Source of the DNA: Candidatus Syntropharchaeum caldarium
Lineage (GTDB): Archaea > Halobacteriota > Syntropharchaeia > Syntropharchaeales > Syntropharchaeaceae
Assembly: GCA_001766815.1 (NCBI GenBank)
Contig: LYOS01000001.1
Span: 148,998 to 212,997 of the forward strand
DNA: 64,000 nt
Reading direction: 5' to 3'
Shown: positions 9,256 to 20,419 of the stretch, piece by piece
How the letters are laid out: every line of letters starts with the position of its first letter
Numbering within the stretch: the stretch's first letter is position 1
Made by a program: the position numbers and the translations under genes
Notes under the pieces: model-generated
Database searches by the model: none
Told to the model about the DNA's origin: nothing
The model's input: only the letters and a program-made list of their open reading frames with translations

Positions 9256-9571
9256 GAAGAAGCGATCCTTTGAGGAGGATCCGATGAGTGGTGTTGCAAA
9301 TCTATTCGATGTTGCGATGGTCTTTGCGGTTGCGCTTCTGATAGCGCTTGTATCTTCCTACCATATTCAGGAGCTTCTTGATCCGACCAGGGATATCACA
9401 ATCGTCAAGAACCCTGGACAGCCTGATATGCAGGTCATCGTGAAGGAGGGGAAGGAGATAAAGACGCTGAATGTGACAGAGGAGATGAGTGAAGTTGAGA
9501 TTGCAGGAACTGTTGGAACGATCTACAGGACACCGGATGGTGGAATGGTATATGTGCCTGAGGGTGGATGA
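9227..9571 (+). CDS. ExbD/TolR-like single-pass membrane protein (DUF2149-like partner of archaeal MotA/ExbB homologs)
   Basis: Basic N-terminus then TM helix ANLFDVAMVFAVALLIALV with an embedded Asp, as in ExbD/TolR/MotB; overlaps the ExbB-like gene (start may be 9236). Confidence 0.5.
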   Translation: MKYMKKRRGKKKRSFEEDPMSGVANLFDVAMVFAVALLIALVSSYHIQELLDPTRDITIVKNPGQPDMQVIVKEGKEIKTLNVTEEMSEVEIAGTVGTIYRTPDGGMVYVPEGG

Positions 9572-9754
9572 GATGAGATCATTATCCATAAAAATAAATT
9601 AAAAAAGTTCAAAATGTAGAATCCGCGACTGACAGATTTTCAAAAGCTTAAGGGTGTGGTAAGGAATAAGAGGTAAAAGATTGGCAGAAACAGCCTGGAA
9701 AAACATATATACATTGACCGAGTACTGATGTTTTATTAATGAGAAGGTTACTTT

Positions 9755-11263
9755 ATGAAAGGGGGATTATCCATCCTTGCAGAGAAAAACAATGCAAATG
9801 GTTTAGAGCCTGTACAGAAGACGAAAGAAACGGGTAAACAGGCATATCTGATACTTGGGTGTGGAGCGATAGGACTTGCGACAGCGAAAGGTTTAAAAAA
9901 GCAAGATTATACAGTTCTGATCGTTGATATAAATGAAAAGGTTGTTGAGAGCCTTAGAGAGCAAAATATGGACGCCTGTCTGGGCGATATGAGCGATCCC
10001 AAATTTTTAGAGACAGTACTTGCTAATAAGCAGTTCAATGCAATCCTGATTCTTGGAGATAATTCTGCATCAAATCAGCAGGCGCTCAGAACAATCAAAA
10101 AAATCACTCCAGAGACGTACGTCGTTGTACGTGCAATCGATCCTGTTGAGCAAGAAGATCTGAAGGAACTGGGTGTGGATGCACTGGTTCTACCTGCTGA
10201 GATTGTTGCAAAACATATCATCAGAACGCTTGAAGGTGTTGCACTCTCAAAGCGTACAGATAAACTCATAAAATTGCTGGCTGGTATGAAAGGTAGCAAG
10301 CTTGGCATCGTTCTTCACGACAGTCCTGATCCTGATGCGATCGCAAGTGGACTTGCGCTCAAGTATATCGCAGAAACGACAGGTACCGATGCAGAGATCC
10401 TTTATCATGGGGAAGTCGGGCACCAGGTCAATCGCGCGTTTGTGAACCTCCTCAATATAAATATGCGGCGTATCGAGGAGGTTGACCTTGATGAGTTTGC
10501 AGGCTTTGCACTTGTTGACACATCACCCGGTGCAAATAACTCACTTCCACCAGAGATCGAACCCGACATCATCATAGACCATCACCCACCCATGAAAACC
10601 GAGTTTTCATCCTATTATGTCGATGTGCGTCCAGGAACTGGATCCTGTTCCACAATTCTTACAAAATATCTTCAGCAACTGGAACTACCAATCGAGAAGG
10701 AACTTGCAACAGCTCTGATTCATGGAATAAGAACTGATACACAGGAATTTAAGCGAAACACCAGCCCCGCAGATCTCACCGCAGCAGCGTTCCTTTACCC
10801 ACTCGTGGATCACACACTACTTGGTCAGATTGAGACACCTCCGATGTCCACCGAGACGCTGGACGTGCTTGGGGAGGCGATAAGGAGACGAACGGTGAAG
10901 GGGAGTTATCTCGTCTCAAACGTCGGTTTTATCATGGATCGAGATGCACTGGTACAGGCAGCAGATTATCTTCTCAACCTTGAGGGAATATCCACCGTAC
11001 TTGTATTTGGGCTCAGTGAAGATAAAATTCACATAACCGGGCGTAACAAAGATGTCCGGATAAATATAGGGGCCGTTCTTCAGGAGGCGTTTGGTGATAT
11101 CGGTACTGCTGGTGGACATTCAACAGCAGGGGCTGCACAGATACCACTGGGTGTATTCAGCGGTATGAAGGATAAAGAAAGCCTGCTGAAGCTGGTTGGT
11201 GACGCGGTTACCATGCGTTTCTTCTCAAAGATCGGGATCGAAAACGGCGATAAAACAACCTGA
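9755..11263 (+). CDS. DHH-family phosphoesterase with N-terminal TrkA-N (NAD-binding) domain
   Basis: Rossmann motif LILGCGAIGLATAKGL; DHH motifs (DSPDPDAIASG, IIIDHHPP) and DHHA1-like C-terminus (GGHSTAGAAQ). Confidence 0.7.
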   Translation: MKGGLSILAEKNNANGLEPVQKTKETGKQAYLILGCGAIGLATAKGLKKQDYTVLIVDINEKVVESLREQNMDACLGDMSDPKFLETVLANKQFNAILILGDNSASNQQALRTIKKITPETYVVVRAIDPVEQEDLKELGVDALVLPAEIVAKHIIRTLEGVALSKRTDKLIKLLAGMKGSKLGIVLHDSPDPDAIASGLALKYIAETTGTDAEILYHGEVGHQVNRAFVNLLNINMRRIEEVDLDEFAGFALVDTSPGANNSLPPEIEPDIIIDHHPPMKTEFSSYYVDVRPGTGSCSTILTKYLQQLELPIEKELATALIHGIRTDTQEFKRNTSPADLTAAAFLYPLVDHTLLGQIETPPMSTETLDVLGEAIRRRTVKGSYLVSNVGFIMDRDALVQAADYLLNLEGISTVLVFGLSEDKIHITGRNKDVRINIGAVLQEAFGDIGTAGGHSTAGAAQIPLGVFSGMKDKESLLKLVGDAVTMRFFSKIGIENGDKTT

Positions 11264-11273
11264 CCCAGATCGA

Positions 11274-12686
11274 TTAGCAAAACTTCAGCATATTCACATC
11301 AAGGCTCCTGAGATTGACAAGCGCAGCACATCCCGGCACAGGCGTTATATTAAGCTTTTTCTGGTATTCGGTTTGTCCCTGCCATGTACCAGCGTTTATG
11401 GTGGTCACACCCCTGTATCTACCAACTCCGACTGTGTGTGTGTGCCCACAGAGCAGGATATCGGGAATTCGTTCGATAACGCCTGAATCGATAACAGACG
11501 GGACAATCGGTACTTTTCCACCATAAATCGGTGCTATATGCCGCCGTTTCAGCATCTCGATCATCGCACCTTCTGGATGATCGTATGAAAGACCAGGTAT
11601 TGCCATTATCAGGTCATCAAACGACTGTCCGTGATAGATCAGAACAGAAACACCATCAAGCTCAACCATGGCAGGGTTGCTCACAAATATCGTATTCTTA
11701 TGTTGCTTGAACAGAACCTGAATTCGTTCTGGGAGGCGGGGCTGGGGATCTGCCTGCCGCACTGCATCATGGTTTCCGGGTGCGATTATGATTGTGATCT
11801 CATCTGGAATCTCTGCGAGTGATCTGGCAACCCTCCTGTATTGCTCGGTGAGATCAGGGATGAGAAGTTCCTTCTCCTGATCTGGATAGACCCCGATTCC
11901 ATCGACCACGTCCCCTGCTATCACGAGATACTTCACCTTTCTGGAGAGTTCGATCTCTCGTTCACCACCAAGTTCCCCCCGCATCCATGCGATAAATCGC
12001 TCCCATGCATCGTCGATAAATGTGCAGTTCCCCATGTGAATATCAGAGATAAAAACCGCAAAACTCTCCACATCTGCATGATTCGGTGTGAAATTACTGA
12101 AAATATCTGGGAAGAAAATCTTATCGGCTACAAAAAGTTCTCCCTTCTTTGTCAGTGATCCCTGGACTCCTATCACCTCATCGAGGACAATATTGACATT
12201 CAGTTTGTCTTTCATAAGGAGCACGGGAAATCTGCCAGTCATATCTTCAAGATCAAGAATTGTGTGGCCGTTTGGAGTCTTGTTGATCTCTGAGACGACC
12301 CCGACAATCCCGATTTGATCCACGTCCAGTTTTTTAACCCGCTCGAGGCTTTTTATACTTCGTACATTCAACCTGCTCTGCAGAATGCGTGAGAGCCGTT
12401 CGTATCTGTCCCGAAATCGCTTAACAAACCCCCATTCATCGACCGCATCGATCTGGACATCTGATAAATCCAGCAGAACATTAAATGTACCTCTATTTCT
12501 CTTTCCATTCGCTTCACAGAAGCAGGAGATGTCTGAAGGACAGATGACAATTGTGGATTCATCGATTGAACTAAGGATCTCTTTAATCTGTGAATCTTCG
12601 ACCATCTGCTCGCAGAGCATTCGCGCAGCATCAGGGTGTAACTGGTATCCATGCTTTGCAAACCGCTCAACTATCCCCTCTATCAT
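11274..12686 (-). CDS. DNA polymerase II (PolD) small subunit DP1, calcineurin-like phosphoesterase domain
   Basis: Phosphoesterase motifs VIAGDVVDGIGVYP, APGNHDA, LLCGHTHT in a ~470 aa archaeal protein. Confidence 0.7.
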   Translation of the reverse strand: MIEGIVERFAKHGYQLHPDAARMLCEQMVEDSQIKEILSSIDESTIVICPSDISCFCEANGKRNRGTFNVLLDLSDVQIDAVDEWGFVKRFRDRYERLSRILQSRLNVRSIKSLERVKKLDVDQIGIVGVVSEINKTPNGHTILDLEDMTGRFPVLLMKDKLNVNIVLDEVIGVQGSLTKKGELFVADKIFFPDIFSNFTPNHADVESFAVFISDIHMGNCTFIDDAWERFIAWMRGELGGEREIELSRKVKYLVIAGDVVDGIGVYPDQEKELLIPDLTEQYRRVARSLAEIPDEITIIIAPGNHDAVRQADPQPRLPERIQVLFKQHKNTIFVSNPAMVELDGVSVLIYHGQSFDDLIMAIPGLSYDHPEGAMIEMLKRRHIAPIYGGKVPIVPSVIDSGVIERIPDILLCGHTHTVGVGRYRGVTTINAGTWQGQTEYQKKLNITPVPGCAALVNLRSLDVNMLKFC

Positions 12687-12687
12687 T

Positions 12688-13362
12688 CTAAACCTCTCGT
12701 TTTACCGTAACTCTGCCCTGATTTACACTCAATGAAACCCCCAGCGTGCGAAGATATGATGCAGCAGCTGTACCATCGCCGTGTATCAAAAGTTCGACAA
12801 GATCTGCCTCTTCATCAATATCAACCGCCGCAAGGAACGAATAGTAAATACGAAAACTTAATCCATGCTTTCTTGCGATATTAATGTGATCCTGCAGGCT
12901 ATTTCCGTAATAATCAACTCTAAAATGCTCTGGGGATCTCACAACAAGAATATTTGTGCCCCCTCCAATTCCTGGTGCGATTACAAGATCCTCCCTGAAG
13001 TCAAGCATCTCATCTATCTCAGAAGAGCCAATGAGTGGCAGATCTGACATCACAACCATAACAGGATCTGTTTCGTTCTTTAAAATCGAGTTTATGGCGC
13101 TATTGAGATCTCTATCATCTATAAGGCACTCAATTCCATGTGAGCTTTCAATTGCACCGATGCCTTCTTCTGATGTTGATAAAAGAATGATCTCATCGAC
13201 AGCTGAGGATTTTAAAGACCGTATCACATCCTCCAGCATTAATGTTGCAAATAGCTGCCGCTCATCATCTTTTAAAATAGTTGAGAGGCGGGATTTGGCA
13301 CCCCTGGCTTTGAAAGGGATATATACCCTGATGCAACCGCCTCCAGGCGAGGTTTTAATCAA
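12688..13362 (-). CDS. cofC: 2-phospho-L-lactate guanylyltransferase (F420 biosynthesis)
   Basis: N-terminal [13 protein letters not shown] and MSDLPLI motifs; ~220 aa nucleotidyltransferase fold. Confidence 0.6.
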   Translation of the reverse strand: MIKTSPGGGCIRVYIPFKARGAKSRLSTILKDDERQLFATLMLEDVIRSLKSSAVDEIILLSTSEEGIGAIESSHGIECLIDDRDLNSAINSILKNETDPVMVVMSDLPLIGSSEIDEMLDFREDLVIAPGIGGGTNILVVRSPEHFRVDYYGNSLQDHINIARKHGLSFRIYYSFLAAVDIDEEADLVELLIHGDGTAAASYLRTLGVSLSVNQGRVTVKREV

Positions 13363-13670
13363 CTCCGCAGAACGATCTCGATGTTGATATCTTTTGGAAC
13401 CTGAATTCTCATCAACTGCCGTAATGCCCGTTCATCTGCATCAAGATCGATCAATCGCTTGTGGATCCGCATCTGCCAGTGATCCCATGTCTCTGTACCC
13501 TCGCCATCCGGGCTTTTTCTGCATGGAACGGTGAGTTTCTTTGTTGGCAGGGGAACGGGTCCTTTGCAGATAACACCTGTCATCTCAGCGATGTGCTTGA
13601 TCTGGGCGCAGATCTTGTCGAGTTGTGCAGGACTCCTTCCCGCAAGCCGTATCCGTGCTACCTGCCCCAT
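13359..13670 (-). CDS. rps10: 30S ribosomal protein S10
   Basis: [70 protein letters not shown]; 4-nt overlap with cofC. Confidence 0.9.
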   Translation of the reverse strand: MGQVARIRLAGRSPAQLDKICAQIKHIAEMTGVICKGPVPLPTKKLTVPCRKSPDGEGTETWDHWQMRIHKRLIDLDADERALRQLMRIQVPKDINIEIVLRS

Positions 13671-13685
13671 TCTCTATCCTCGATA

Positions 13686-14969
13686 TTATTGTTTCTCGAC
13701 AAGATCGATAACCATCCCTGCAGCGATCGTCTGCCCCATATCTCGTATGGCAAACCTTCCAAGCTGTGGAATTTCCTTTGCCCTCTCGATCACAAGCGGC
13801 CTTGTTGGCCTTATCTTGACGATCGCAGCATCACCAGTCTTCAAAAATTGTGGGTTCTCCTCTGCGACCGCTCCTGTCTTTGGATCAAGCTTCTTCTGAA
13901 GTTCTATGAAGGTGCATGCGACCTGTGCGGTGTGACAGTGGAATACGGGCGTATATCCAACTGTTATTGCGCTCGGGTGTTGCAGGACAACGATCTGTGC
14001 TGTGAACTCTGCGGCTACCGATGGTGGGTTATCGACGTGCCCACAGACGTCACCTCTTCTGAGATCTCCTTTACCGATGCCTCGCACATTCCATCCGATA
14101 TTGTCACCTGGAATTGCTTCAGGGACCTCCTCGTGGTGCATCTCGATGGATTTAACCTCACCAGACTTCATCGTTGGGCTGAAGATAACCTTATCGCCTT
14201 TCTTCATTACACCAGTCTCAACCCTGCCAACGGGGACGGTTCCAACGCCTGAAATCGTGTAGACATCCTGTACAGGTATTCTGAGTGGGAGGTCTATCGG
14301 TTTCTCAGGCTCTTTGAAGTTGTCGAGTGCTTCCAGGACAGTTGGTCCTTTGTACCACTTCAGGTTCTCGCTTGGCTCTGTTACATTGTCTCCCTTGAGT
14401 GCAGATACAGGCAGGAATGTAACCATATCCCCCTTGTATCCAACGATCTTCAGGAGATCTTCGATGTCCTTCTTGACCTCGTTGTAGCGCTCCTCGCTGT
14501 AGTCAACCATGTCCATCTTGTTCAGCGCAACGATGAGCTGGTTGATACCGAGTGTCCTGGAGAGGAAAACATGCTCCTTTGTCTGCGCCATCACACCGTC
14601 CTTTGCGTCAACGACAAGAATCGCGGCATCTGCCTGGGATGCGCCTGTGATCATGTTCTTGACAAAGTCACGATGCCCTGGACAATCTACAACCGTGAAG
14701 TAATACTTGTCGGTATCGAATCGCTGATGAGCAATATCGATCGTGATACCACGCTCTCGTTCTTCCTTCAGTGAGTCCATTACCCATGCAAACTCAAATG
14801 TCGCTTTTCCCTTCGCTTCTGCCTCTTTTCGGTACTGCTCGATCAAATGTGGATCAATCGTCTTTGTCTCAAAGAGCAATCTTCCCACAAGTGTCGACTT
14901 ACCGTGATCAATATGTCCGATCACAGCCAGATTCATGTGTGGTTTTTCTGCCATATCAAATTCCTCCAA
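13686..14969 (-). CDS. tuf: Translation elongation factor 1-alpha (aEF-1A)
   Basis: [47 protein letters not shown]; GGAGG Shine-Dalgarno-like motif upstream. Confidence 0.95.
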   Translation of the reverse strand: MEEFDMAEKPHMNLAVIGHIDHGKSTLVGRLLFETKTIDPHLIEQYRKEAEAKGKATFEFAWVMDSLKEERERGITIDIAHQRFDTDKYYFTVVDCPGHRDFVKNMITGASQADAAILVVDAKDGVMAQTKEHVFLSRTLGINQLIVALNKMDMVDYSEERYNEVKKDIEDLLKIVGYKGDMVTFLPVSALKGDNVTEPSENLKWYKGPTVLEALDNFKEPEKPIDLPLRIPVQDVYTISGVGTVPVGRVETGVMKKGDKVIFSPTMKSGEVKSIEMHHEEVPEAIPGDNIGWNVRGIGKGDLRRGDVCGHVDNPPSVAAEFTAQIVVLQHPSAITVGYTPVFHCHTAQVACTFIELQKKLDPKTGAVAEENPQFLKTGDAAIVKIRPTRPLVIERAKEIPQLGRFAIRDMGQTIAAGMVIDLVEKQ

Positions 14970-15032
14970 ATATCGTGATTGTATTCATCGGATACTCTCG
15001 TATTGATCTCACCCATTTATTAATCTAACCCC

Positions 15033-15746
15033 TTACTGTCCCAACTTCAATCGCCTGTGTGCACTTTTGAGCCATTCTGTAGCCTCTTCCATCGCATCAA
15101 CCGCGTGTTCAAGGTCTGTTTTTAAATCAGACAGTCCAAGTGCATCAGCTTCGATCACAGCTTTTTCATAGCTCTCTATATGTCCCTCGCTGTGTTCAAT
15201 CCAGTGTTCAAGTTTCTTTTTTAAGCGTTCTGCATCCATACAACGCCTCCTCAGAAGTTTTACCATCTTTTCGATGTTAATCCAGTGCCCCCCCTCCCAG
15301 AATACATGGCCACAACCTGTACACTGCCAGAACTCCAGGTCACCGAGGCTTGAAGCAGGTACATATTCATACCCTTCTTCTTCCTTTAGTTTTTTGACAT
15401 CATCCTTATTCAATCTTTTGATCGACTCGTTGCATAACGTGCAGCGGAGAACTCGGGTACATGGCTCAATACCAACCCCCAGCATCACCTCTGTGAGCTG
15501 CTCGGCTGTATTCACCGAGTGTATTCGCAGCGCATCTATTCCACGCTGCCTGCACCTCTCAATCAACTCACGATCACGGCTCAATACTATTCGATCTTCC
15601 TTTTTTGCCATCTCAAGAAGTTCCCCATCATCAGCCTCATCACTTGCATAGATCGTATCATACCCGAAGAGTCTGAGCCATGATTTCATGCGACCGAGCA
15701 TACAGTCAACAAGGAACCTCATTCTTTTAATCTCTGCATCACTCAT
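15033..15746 (-). CDS. Mut7-C RNase domain protein (PIN-like) with zinc ribbon and a C-terminal helical extension
   Basis: RFLVDCMLGRMKSWLRLFGYDT N-terminus; CTLCNES...CTGCGH zinc ribbon; extra ~60 aa charged tail. Confidence 0.6.
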   Translation of the reverse strand: MSDAEIKRMRFLVDCMLGRMKSWLRLFGYDTIYASDEADDGELLEMAKKEDRIVLSRDRELIERCRQRGIDALRIHSVNTAEQLTEVMLGVGIEPCTRVLRCTLCNESIKRLNKDDVKKLKEEEGYEYVPASSLGDLEFWQCTGCGHVFWEGGHWINIEKMVKLLRRRCMDAERLKKKLEHWIEHSEGHIESYEKAVIEADALGLSDLKTDLEHAVDAMEEATEWLKSAHRRLKLGQ

Positions 15747-15756
15747 ATTAGATTTA

Positions 15757-17088
15757 ATGGTAGTTCATGTATCACCCGACTCACTTGATTGGATCACTGG
15801 TGTGCGGGTTTATCTCACAGATGGGCAGGGTATAGGTGGAATAATAAAAGCAGAGCCCGAGGATTTTATTGTCGAAGAGCTATCGGAGTCAGATACAGGA
15901 GAGGAGGGTAACTATCTCATCCTTGATCTCGAGAAGCGTGACTGGGAGATGCACAACCTTGTGAGGGTAATCTCTCGGATACTTGGGATCAGCAGAAGAC
16001 GGATCAACTGGGCAGGAACGAAGGACAAGCGAGCGGTCACGAAACAGCGAATCAGTATCTGGAAGATCGATGCAAGCGAGATCGAACGCATCAGGCTAAA
16101 TGGTGTTAAACTCAATGTGGTCGGCAGATCACAGAAAAAAATTGCAATCGGGGATTTATATGCCAATCAATTTGAGATAATCGTGAGAGAGGTTAATTCA
16201 ACAGGCAAAGAGGTTGAAAATAGCCTTATACAGATACAGAGTGAGATAAAAGCGCACGGGGGTGTCATAAACTACTTTGGTAATCAACGTTTCGGTGTAC
16301 AGCGTCCGATAAACCACAGAATAGGGGAACTTCTCATAAAAGGTGAGTTTGAGGACGCGGCATATCTACTTCTCACAGCCACCTTTGGACGTGAGGACGA
16401 GGAGGTCGAAGAGGTGAGGCGGTTCATTTATACCACGGGCGACTTCAAACGGGCGGTTGAGCTTATGCCAAAGGGACTGCATCTCGAACGGACGATACTC
16501 CATGCACTCATCAATAAACCTGATGACTATCTCGGTGCTTTCCTCACACTCCCAAAACAACTCTACAAGATTTTCATCCATGCTTACCAGTCATACATCT
16601 TCAATCGGATTGTTTCTGCAAGGATGGAGGAAGGACTTGGGTTGAATGAGGCAGAAGAGGGAGATATAGTCTGCTTCAGAAATAAGCATGGTTTTGCTGA
16701 TGTCAGGCACTGGCAGGTGGTGAGATCCCATGAGGTTGCGGGAATCAACGACCTTATAGCACGAGGACGTGCATTTGTAACTGCCCCACTCATTGGCTTT
16801 GAGACCGAGATTGCCGGCGGCAGAGAGGGGGAGATAGAACACAAAATCCTTGAATCATGTAAAATTGAGCCCGAAGACTTCAGAATGGATGAAGTTGAAG
16901 CGCTTGCATCAGGGGGCATGAGACGGGAGATAAAACTTCCGGTGGATCCATCATTTGAGGTTCTTGGGGATCGGATGGTTAAGTTTGCATTCGTCCTGCC
17001 AAAAGGGGGGTATGCAACGATAGTGCTTCGAGAGTTTATGAAGACGTGTGATACGCCGGGAAAGGGATTTGAACCCTTGAGGGGATAA
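15757..17088 (+). CDS. truD: tRNA pseudouridine(13) synthase TruD
   Basis: EDFIVEE and GTKDKRAVTKQ motifs; start placed at the first ATG after the upstream gene (the track ORF extends further 5'). Confidence 0.8.
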   Translation: MVVHVSPDSLDWITGVRVYLTDGQGIGGIIKAEPEDFIVEELSESDTGEEGNYLILDLEKRDWEMHNLVRVISRILGISRRRINWAGTKDKRAVTKQRISIWKIDASEIERIRLNGVKLNVVGRSQKKIAIGDLYANQFEIIVREVNSTGKEVENSLIQIQSEIKAHGGVINYFGNQRFGVQRPINHRIGELLIKGEFEDAAYLLLTATFGREDEEVEEVRRFIYTTGDFKRAVELMPKGLHLERTILHALINKPDDYLGAFLTLPKQLYKIFIHAYQSYIFNRIVSARMEEGLGLNEAEEGDIVCFRNKHGFADVRHWQVVRSHEVAGINDLIARGRAFVTAPLIGFETEIAGGREGEIEHKILESCKIEPEDFRMDEVEALASGGMRREIKLPVDPSFEVLGDRMVKFAFVLPKGGYATIVLREFMKTCDTPGKGFEPLRG

Positions 17089-17171
17089 TCCCCACAGGCT
17101 AACTGGATTTTAATTCCTATCAGAACAAAAGTACTCTCCAGGCCTGCGCCTTACCGCTCGACCATCCCGGC
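17054..17171 (-). tRNA. tRNA-Ser (anticodon GGA) with a ~34-35 nt intron in the anticodon loop
   Basis: Reverse complement gives 7-bp acceptor stem GCCGGGA/TCCCGGC, discriminator G, anticodon stem CAGGC/GCCTG, loop CTGGAGA, long variable arm GGGG-ATTA-CCCC, T-arm AAGGG-TTCAAAT-CCCTT; intron 3' end pairs with the anticodon region (bulge-helix-bulge-like). Folded by eye only. Confidence 0.55.
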
Positions 17172-17199
17172 ACACGGATGTATATCTGTCTCGTGGTAT

Positions 17200-20100
17200 T
17201 TAAGTTTGATTCGTGATCTCTTTATGGTATTCCCGCAACGATACCACGTCCATATCTGACGCCCGCTGGATTGCGGTTGCAGCTGCAATAGCGGCTCTTA
17301 TCGTTGTGATATATGGCACACCAAAATCAACCGCAGCTCGTCTGATCTCATAGCCGTCCCGTCTGGACTGTTTGCTGCGAGGTGTGTTTATGATAAGATC
17401 AACCTCGGAGCGTCTTATGAGATCGACGATATTCGGTGAACCTTCGCTGACCTTCTTTACTGTTTCTGCATCGATGCCGTGATCACGGAGGTATCTTGCG
17501 GTTCCTGAGGTTGCAATAAGCTTCAGGCCGGACTCTGCAATACTTTTTGCAACTTCAAGGATATCATCCTTGTCTTCATCCCTTATTGAGAGAAATACTG
17601 TACCCTGCTTTGGAATCATATTCTCTGCTGCAAGTTCTGCCTTGTAGAATGCGGTTGCAAAGTCGTAATCGATCCCCATCACCTCCCCTGTGGATCGCAT
17701 CTCGGGTCCAAGTAGTGGATCTGCTCCAGGTAGCTTATCAAACGGGAGAAGCACCTCTTTTACGGAAACACACCTGGGTTCAGGTTCATCTGTGTATCCA
17801 AGCTCTTTCAGGGTTTTTCCAGTAATCACCTTTGCTGCGATCTTTGCAAGCGGAATGCCGATCGCCTTTGATACAAACGGTATCGTGCGTGATGATCTTG
17901 GATTTGCCTCAAGCACATAGACGATACCATCTTTTACAGCAAGCTGGAGGTTTAAAAGCCCTTTGACATTCATCGAAAGTGCAATCTTCTTCACATATTC
18001 ACGCACGGTATCAAGTATATCTTCAGAGAGTGATTGTGCTGGTATCACACATGCCGAGTCACCCGAATGGATGCCTGCCTCCTCGATATGTTCCATGATC
18101 GCACCGATCAGTACGTCCTCACCATCTGAAACTGCATCCACGTCGATCTCGACCGCATGCTCAAGAAAGTCATCGATCAGGACAGGATGATCTGGTGAGA
18201 CCCTGACAGCTTCATCCATGTATCTATCAAGATCCTCTGCATCATAGACAATCTCCATCGCTCTGCCACCAAGGACATAGGACGGTCTCACGAGCACCGG
18301 ATACCCGATCTTTTCTGCAACCGCATGGGCCTCATCCCGTGATGTGGCGTATCCTGCATCAGGTTGTGGGATCTGAAGCTTCCGTAAGAGGAGATTGAAG
18401 CGTTTTCGATCCTCTGCAAGATCCATATCTTCAGGACTTGTTCCAAGAATCTTTGTATCAAGATCAGGTCTTCGTGAAAGCTCATTTGCAAGCGGGATCG
18501 CAAGGTTAACAGAGGTCTGCCCCCCAAACTGAACACATACACCGTATGGCTTCTCAGCCTCGATGATATTCATCACATCCTCGAGTGTGAGCGGCTCAAA
18601 GAAGAGCTTATCAGAGGTATCAAAATCTGTGGATACGGTCTCAGGATTGTTATTTACAATATGTGCCTCAATTCCCTCCTCTCTAAGAGCCATTACAGCA
18701 TGCACGGTGCAGTAATCAAACTCAATGCCCTGTCCGATCCTGATTGGTCCTGCACCGAGGATAAGAACCTTTTTTCTGTGAGATGGTTCTATCTCTGTCT
18801 CATATTCGTAAGATGAGTAGTAGTAGGGTGTCTTTGCCGCAAACTCAGCAGCACAGGTATCAACCATTTTATAGACTGGAAGAATCCCGAGATCATGGCG
18901 CAGGTCAGAGACCTCTTCCCGTTTCATTCCGGAAAGGGCTGCAATCCGCTCGTCTGTCAACCCAATCCGTTTTGCAGCTTTAAGAGTGTCCCTATCAAGC
19001 TTTTTAGCCTTTATTTTATCTTCAACCTCGATGATGTTCCTCAACTTCTTTATGAAGAAACGATCAAAACCTGTAAGTGCTGCAATCCGTTCATCACTAA
19101 ATCCAATCCTTAACGCACGATATATCGCAAAGAGCCGCTTATCTGTTGGGGTTTCAAGAAGCCTTATCACTTCTTCCTCTTCCCATTCATCATTGCCGAA
19201 GCTGGTATCAATATCAAGCGATCTCACGGCTTTTAAGAGCGCTTCCTCGATTGTGCGTCCGATCGCCATCACCTCGCCTGTTGACTTCATCGAGGTGGTA
19301 AGTGTATTATCCGCAGTCACAAACTTATCAAATGGCCAGCGCGGTATCTTGACAACAACGTAATCGATCGCAGGCTCAAATGAGGCAGGTGTCTCGCCCG
19401 TGACATTGTTCCTGATCTCATCAAGATGAAGCCCAATGGCGATCTTTGCGGCGACCCTTGCGATCGGATAGCCCGTTGCCTTTGATGCAAGTGCTGATGA
19501 CCTTGAAACTCTCGGATTCACCTCAATGACCTTGTATTCTCCGTCTTTCACCGCAAACTGGATGTTACAGCCACCCTCAATACCAAGCGATCGTATGATA
19601 TTTATCGAAGCAGTTCTTAGCATCTGGTGCTCATTATCGCTAAGGGTCTGTGAGGGAGTTACAACGATCGATTCACCTGTGTGAATTCCCATTGGGTCAA
19701 GGTTTTCCATGTTACAGATCGTGATGCAGGTATCGTTTGAGTCACGCATTACCTCATACTCAAACTCTTTCCATCCAAGCACGCTCTCCTCGACAAGCAC
19801 CTGATTTATCCGTGACCGTTTGATCCCCAATTCACAGATCTTCCTGAGCTCATCCCGCGTGCGAGCGATGCCACCCCCTGAACCACCAAGCGTGTATGCA
19901 GGACGGATTATAAGTGGCAAACCAAGCTCATCGATCATCGCCTCCGCTTCCTCGATCGATGTAACAGCACGGCTCTCTGGAACAGGTTCGCCTATCTCAA
20001 TCATCGCCTTCCTGAAAAGATCACGATCTTCAGCCTCATAAATCGCCTCAAGCGGCGTTCCGAGAATTTTAACCCCGTATTTTTCAAGTACGCCCTTCTC

Positions 20101-20409
20101 TGCAAGCTCTGCTGTTAGATTGAGTCCTGTCTGCCCCCCAACTCCAGCCATGATACCATCGGGGCGTTCTTTCTCGATGATCTTCTCGACGATCTCGGAT
20201 TTCAATGGTTCGAGATACACAGCATCAGCAGTGTCAGGATCGGTCATGATCGTTGCGGGGTTTGAGTTTACAAGCACAACTGATACACCTTCCTCACGGA
20301 GCGACCTGCATGCCTGACTTCCTGAAAAGTCGAATTCGGCAGCCTGTCCAATCAAAATTGGACCTGAACCGAGAATAAGCACTTTTTTTATTGTTTCATC
20401 TACTGGCAT
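17200..20409 (-). CDS. carB: Carbamoyl-phosphate synthase large subunit
   Basis: 1069 aa with duplicated ATP-grasp halves; N-terminus [25 protein letters not shown]. Confidence 0.95.
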   Translation of the reverse strand: MPVDETIKKVLILGSGPILIGQAAEFDFSGSQACRSLREEGVSVVLVNSNPATIMTDPDTADAVYLEPLKSEIVEKIIEKERPDGIMAGVGGQTGLNLTAELAEKGVLEKYGVKILGTPLEAIYEAEDRDLFRKAMIEIGEPVPESRAVTSIEEAEAMIDELGLPLIIRPAYTLGGSGGGIARTRDELRKICELGIKRSRINQVLVEESVLGWKEFEYEVMRDSNDTCITICNMENLDPMGIHTGESIVVTPSQTLSDNEHQMLRTASINIIRSLGIEGGCNIQFAVKDGEYKVIEVNPRVSRSSALASKATGYPIARVAAKIAIGLHLDEIRNNVTGETPASFEPAIDYVVVKIPRWPFDKFVTADNTLTTSMKSTGEVMAIGRTIEEALLKAVRSLDIDTSFGNDEWEEEEVIRLLETPTDKRLFAIYRALRIGFSDERIAALTGFDRFFIKKLRNIIEVEDKIKAKKLDRDTLKAAKRIGLTDERIAALSGMKREEVSDLRHDLGILPVYKMVDTCAAEFAAKTPYYYSSYEYETEIEPSHRKKVLILGAGPIRIGQGIEFDYCTVHAVMALREEGIEAHIVNNNPETVSTDFDTSDKLFFEPLTLEDVMNIIEAEKPYGVCVQFGGQTSVNLAIPLANELSRRPDLDTKILGTSPEDMDLAEDRKRFNLLLRKLQIPQPDAGYATSRDEAHAVAEKIGYPVLVRPSYVLGGRAMEIVYDAEDLDRYMDEAVRVSPDHPVLIDDFLEHAVEIDVDAVSDGEDVLIGAIMEHIEEAGIHSGDSACVIPAQSLSEDILDTVREYVKKIALSMNVKGLLNLQLAVKDGIVYVLEANPRSSRTIPFVSKAIGIPLAKIAAKVITGKTLKELGYTDEPEPRCVSVKEVLLPFDKLPGADPLLGPEMRSTGEVMGIDYDFATAFYKAELAAENMIPKQGTVFLSIRDEDKDDILEVAKSIAESGLKLIATSGTARYLRDHGIDAETVKKVSEGSPNIVDLIRRSEVDLIINTPRSKQSRRDGYEIRRAAVDFGVPYITTIRAAIAAATAIQRASDMDVVSLREYHKEITNQT

Positions 20410-20419
20410 CCCTCTTCCC

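Noticed and set aside
8659-9571. Zorya-type anti-phage defence (ZorA/ZorB)
   Set aside because: ZorA proteins are several-fold larger with a long cytoplasmic tail; these are compact ExbB/ExbD-sized proteins with no nearby ZorC/ZorD-like genes.
13461-14252. 263-aa ORF antisense to the EF-1alpha gene
   Set aside because: Cys/Leu-rich and lies entirely within the strongly supported tuf gene on the opposite strand.
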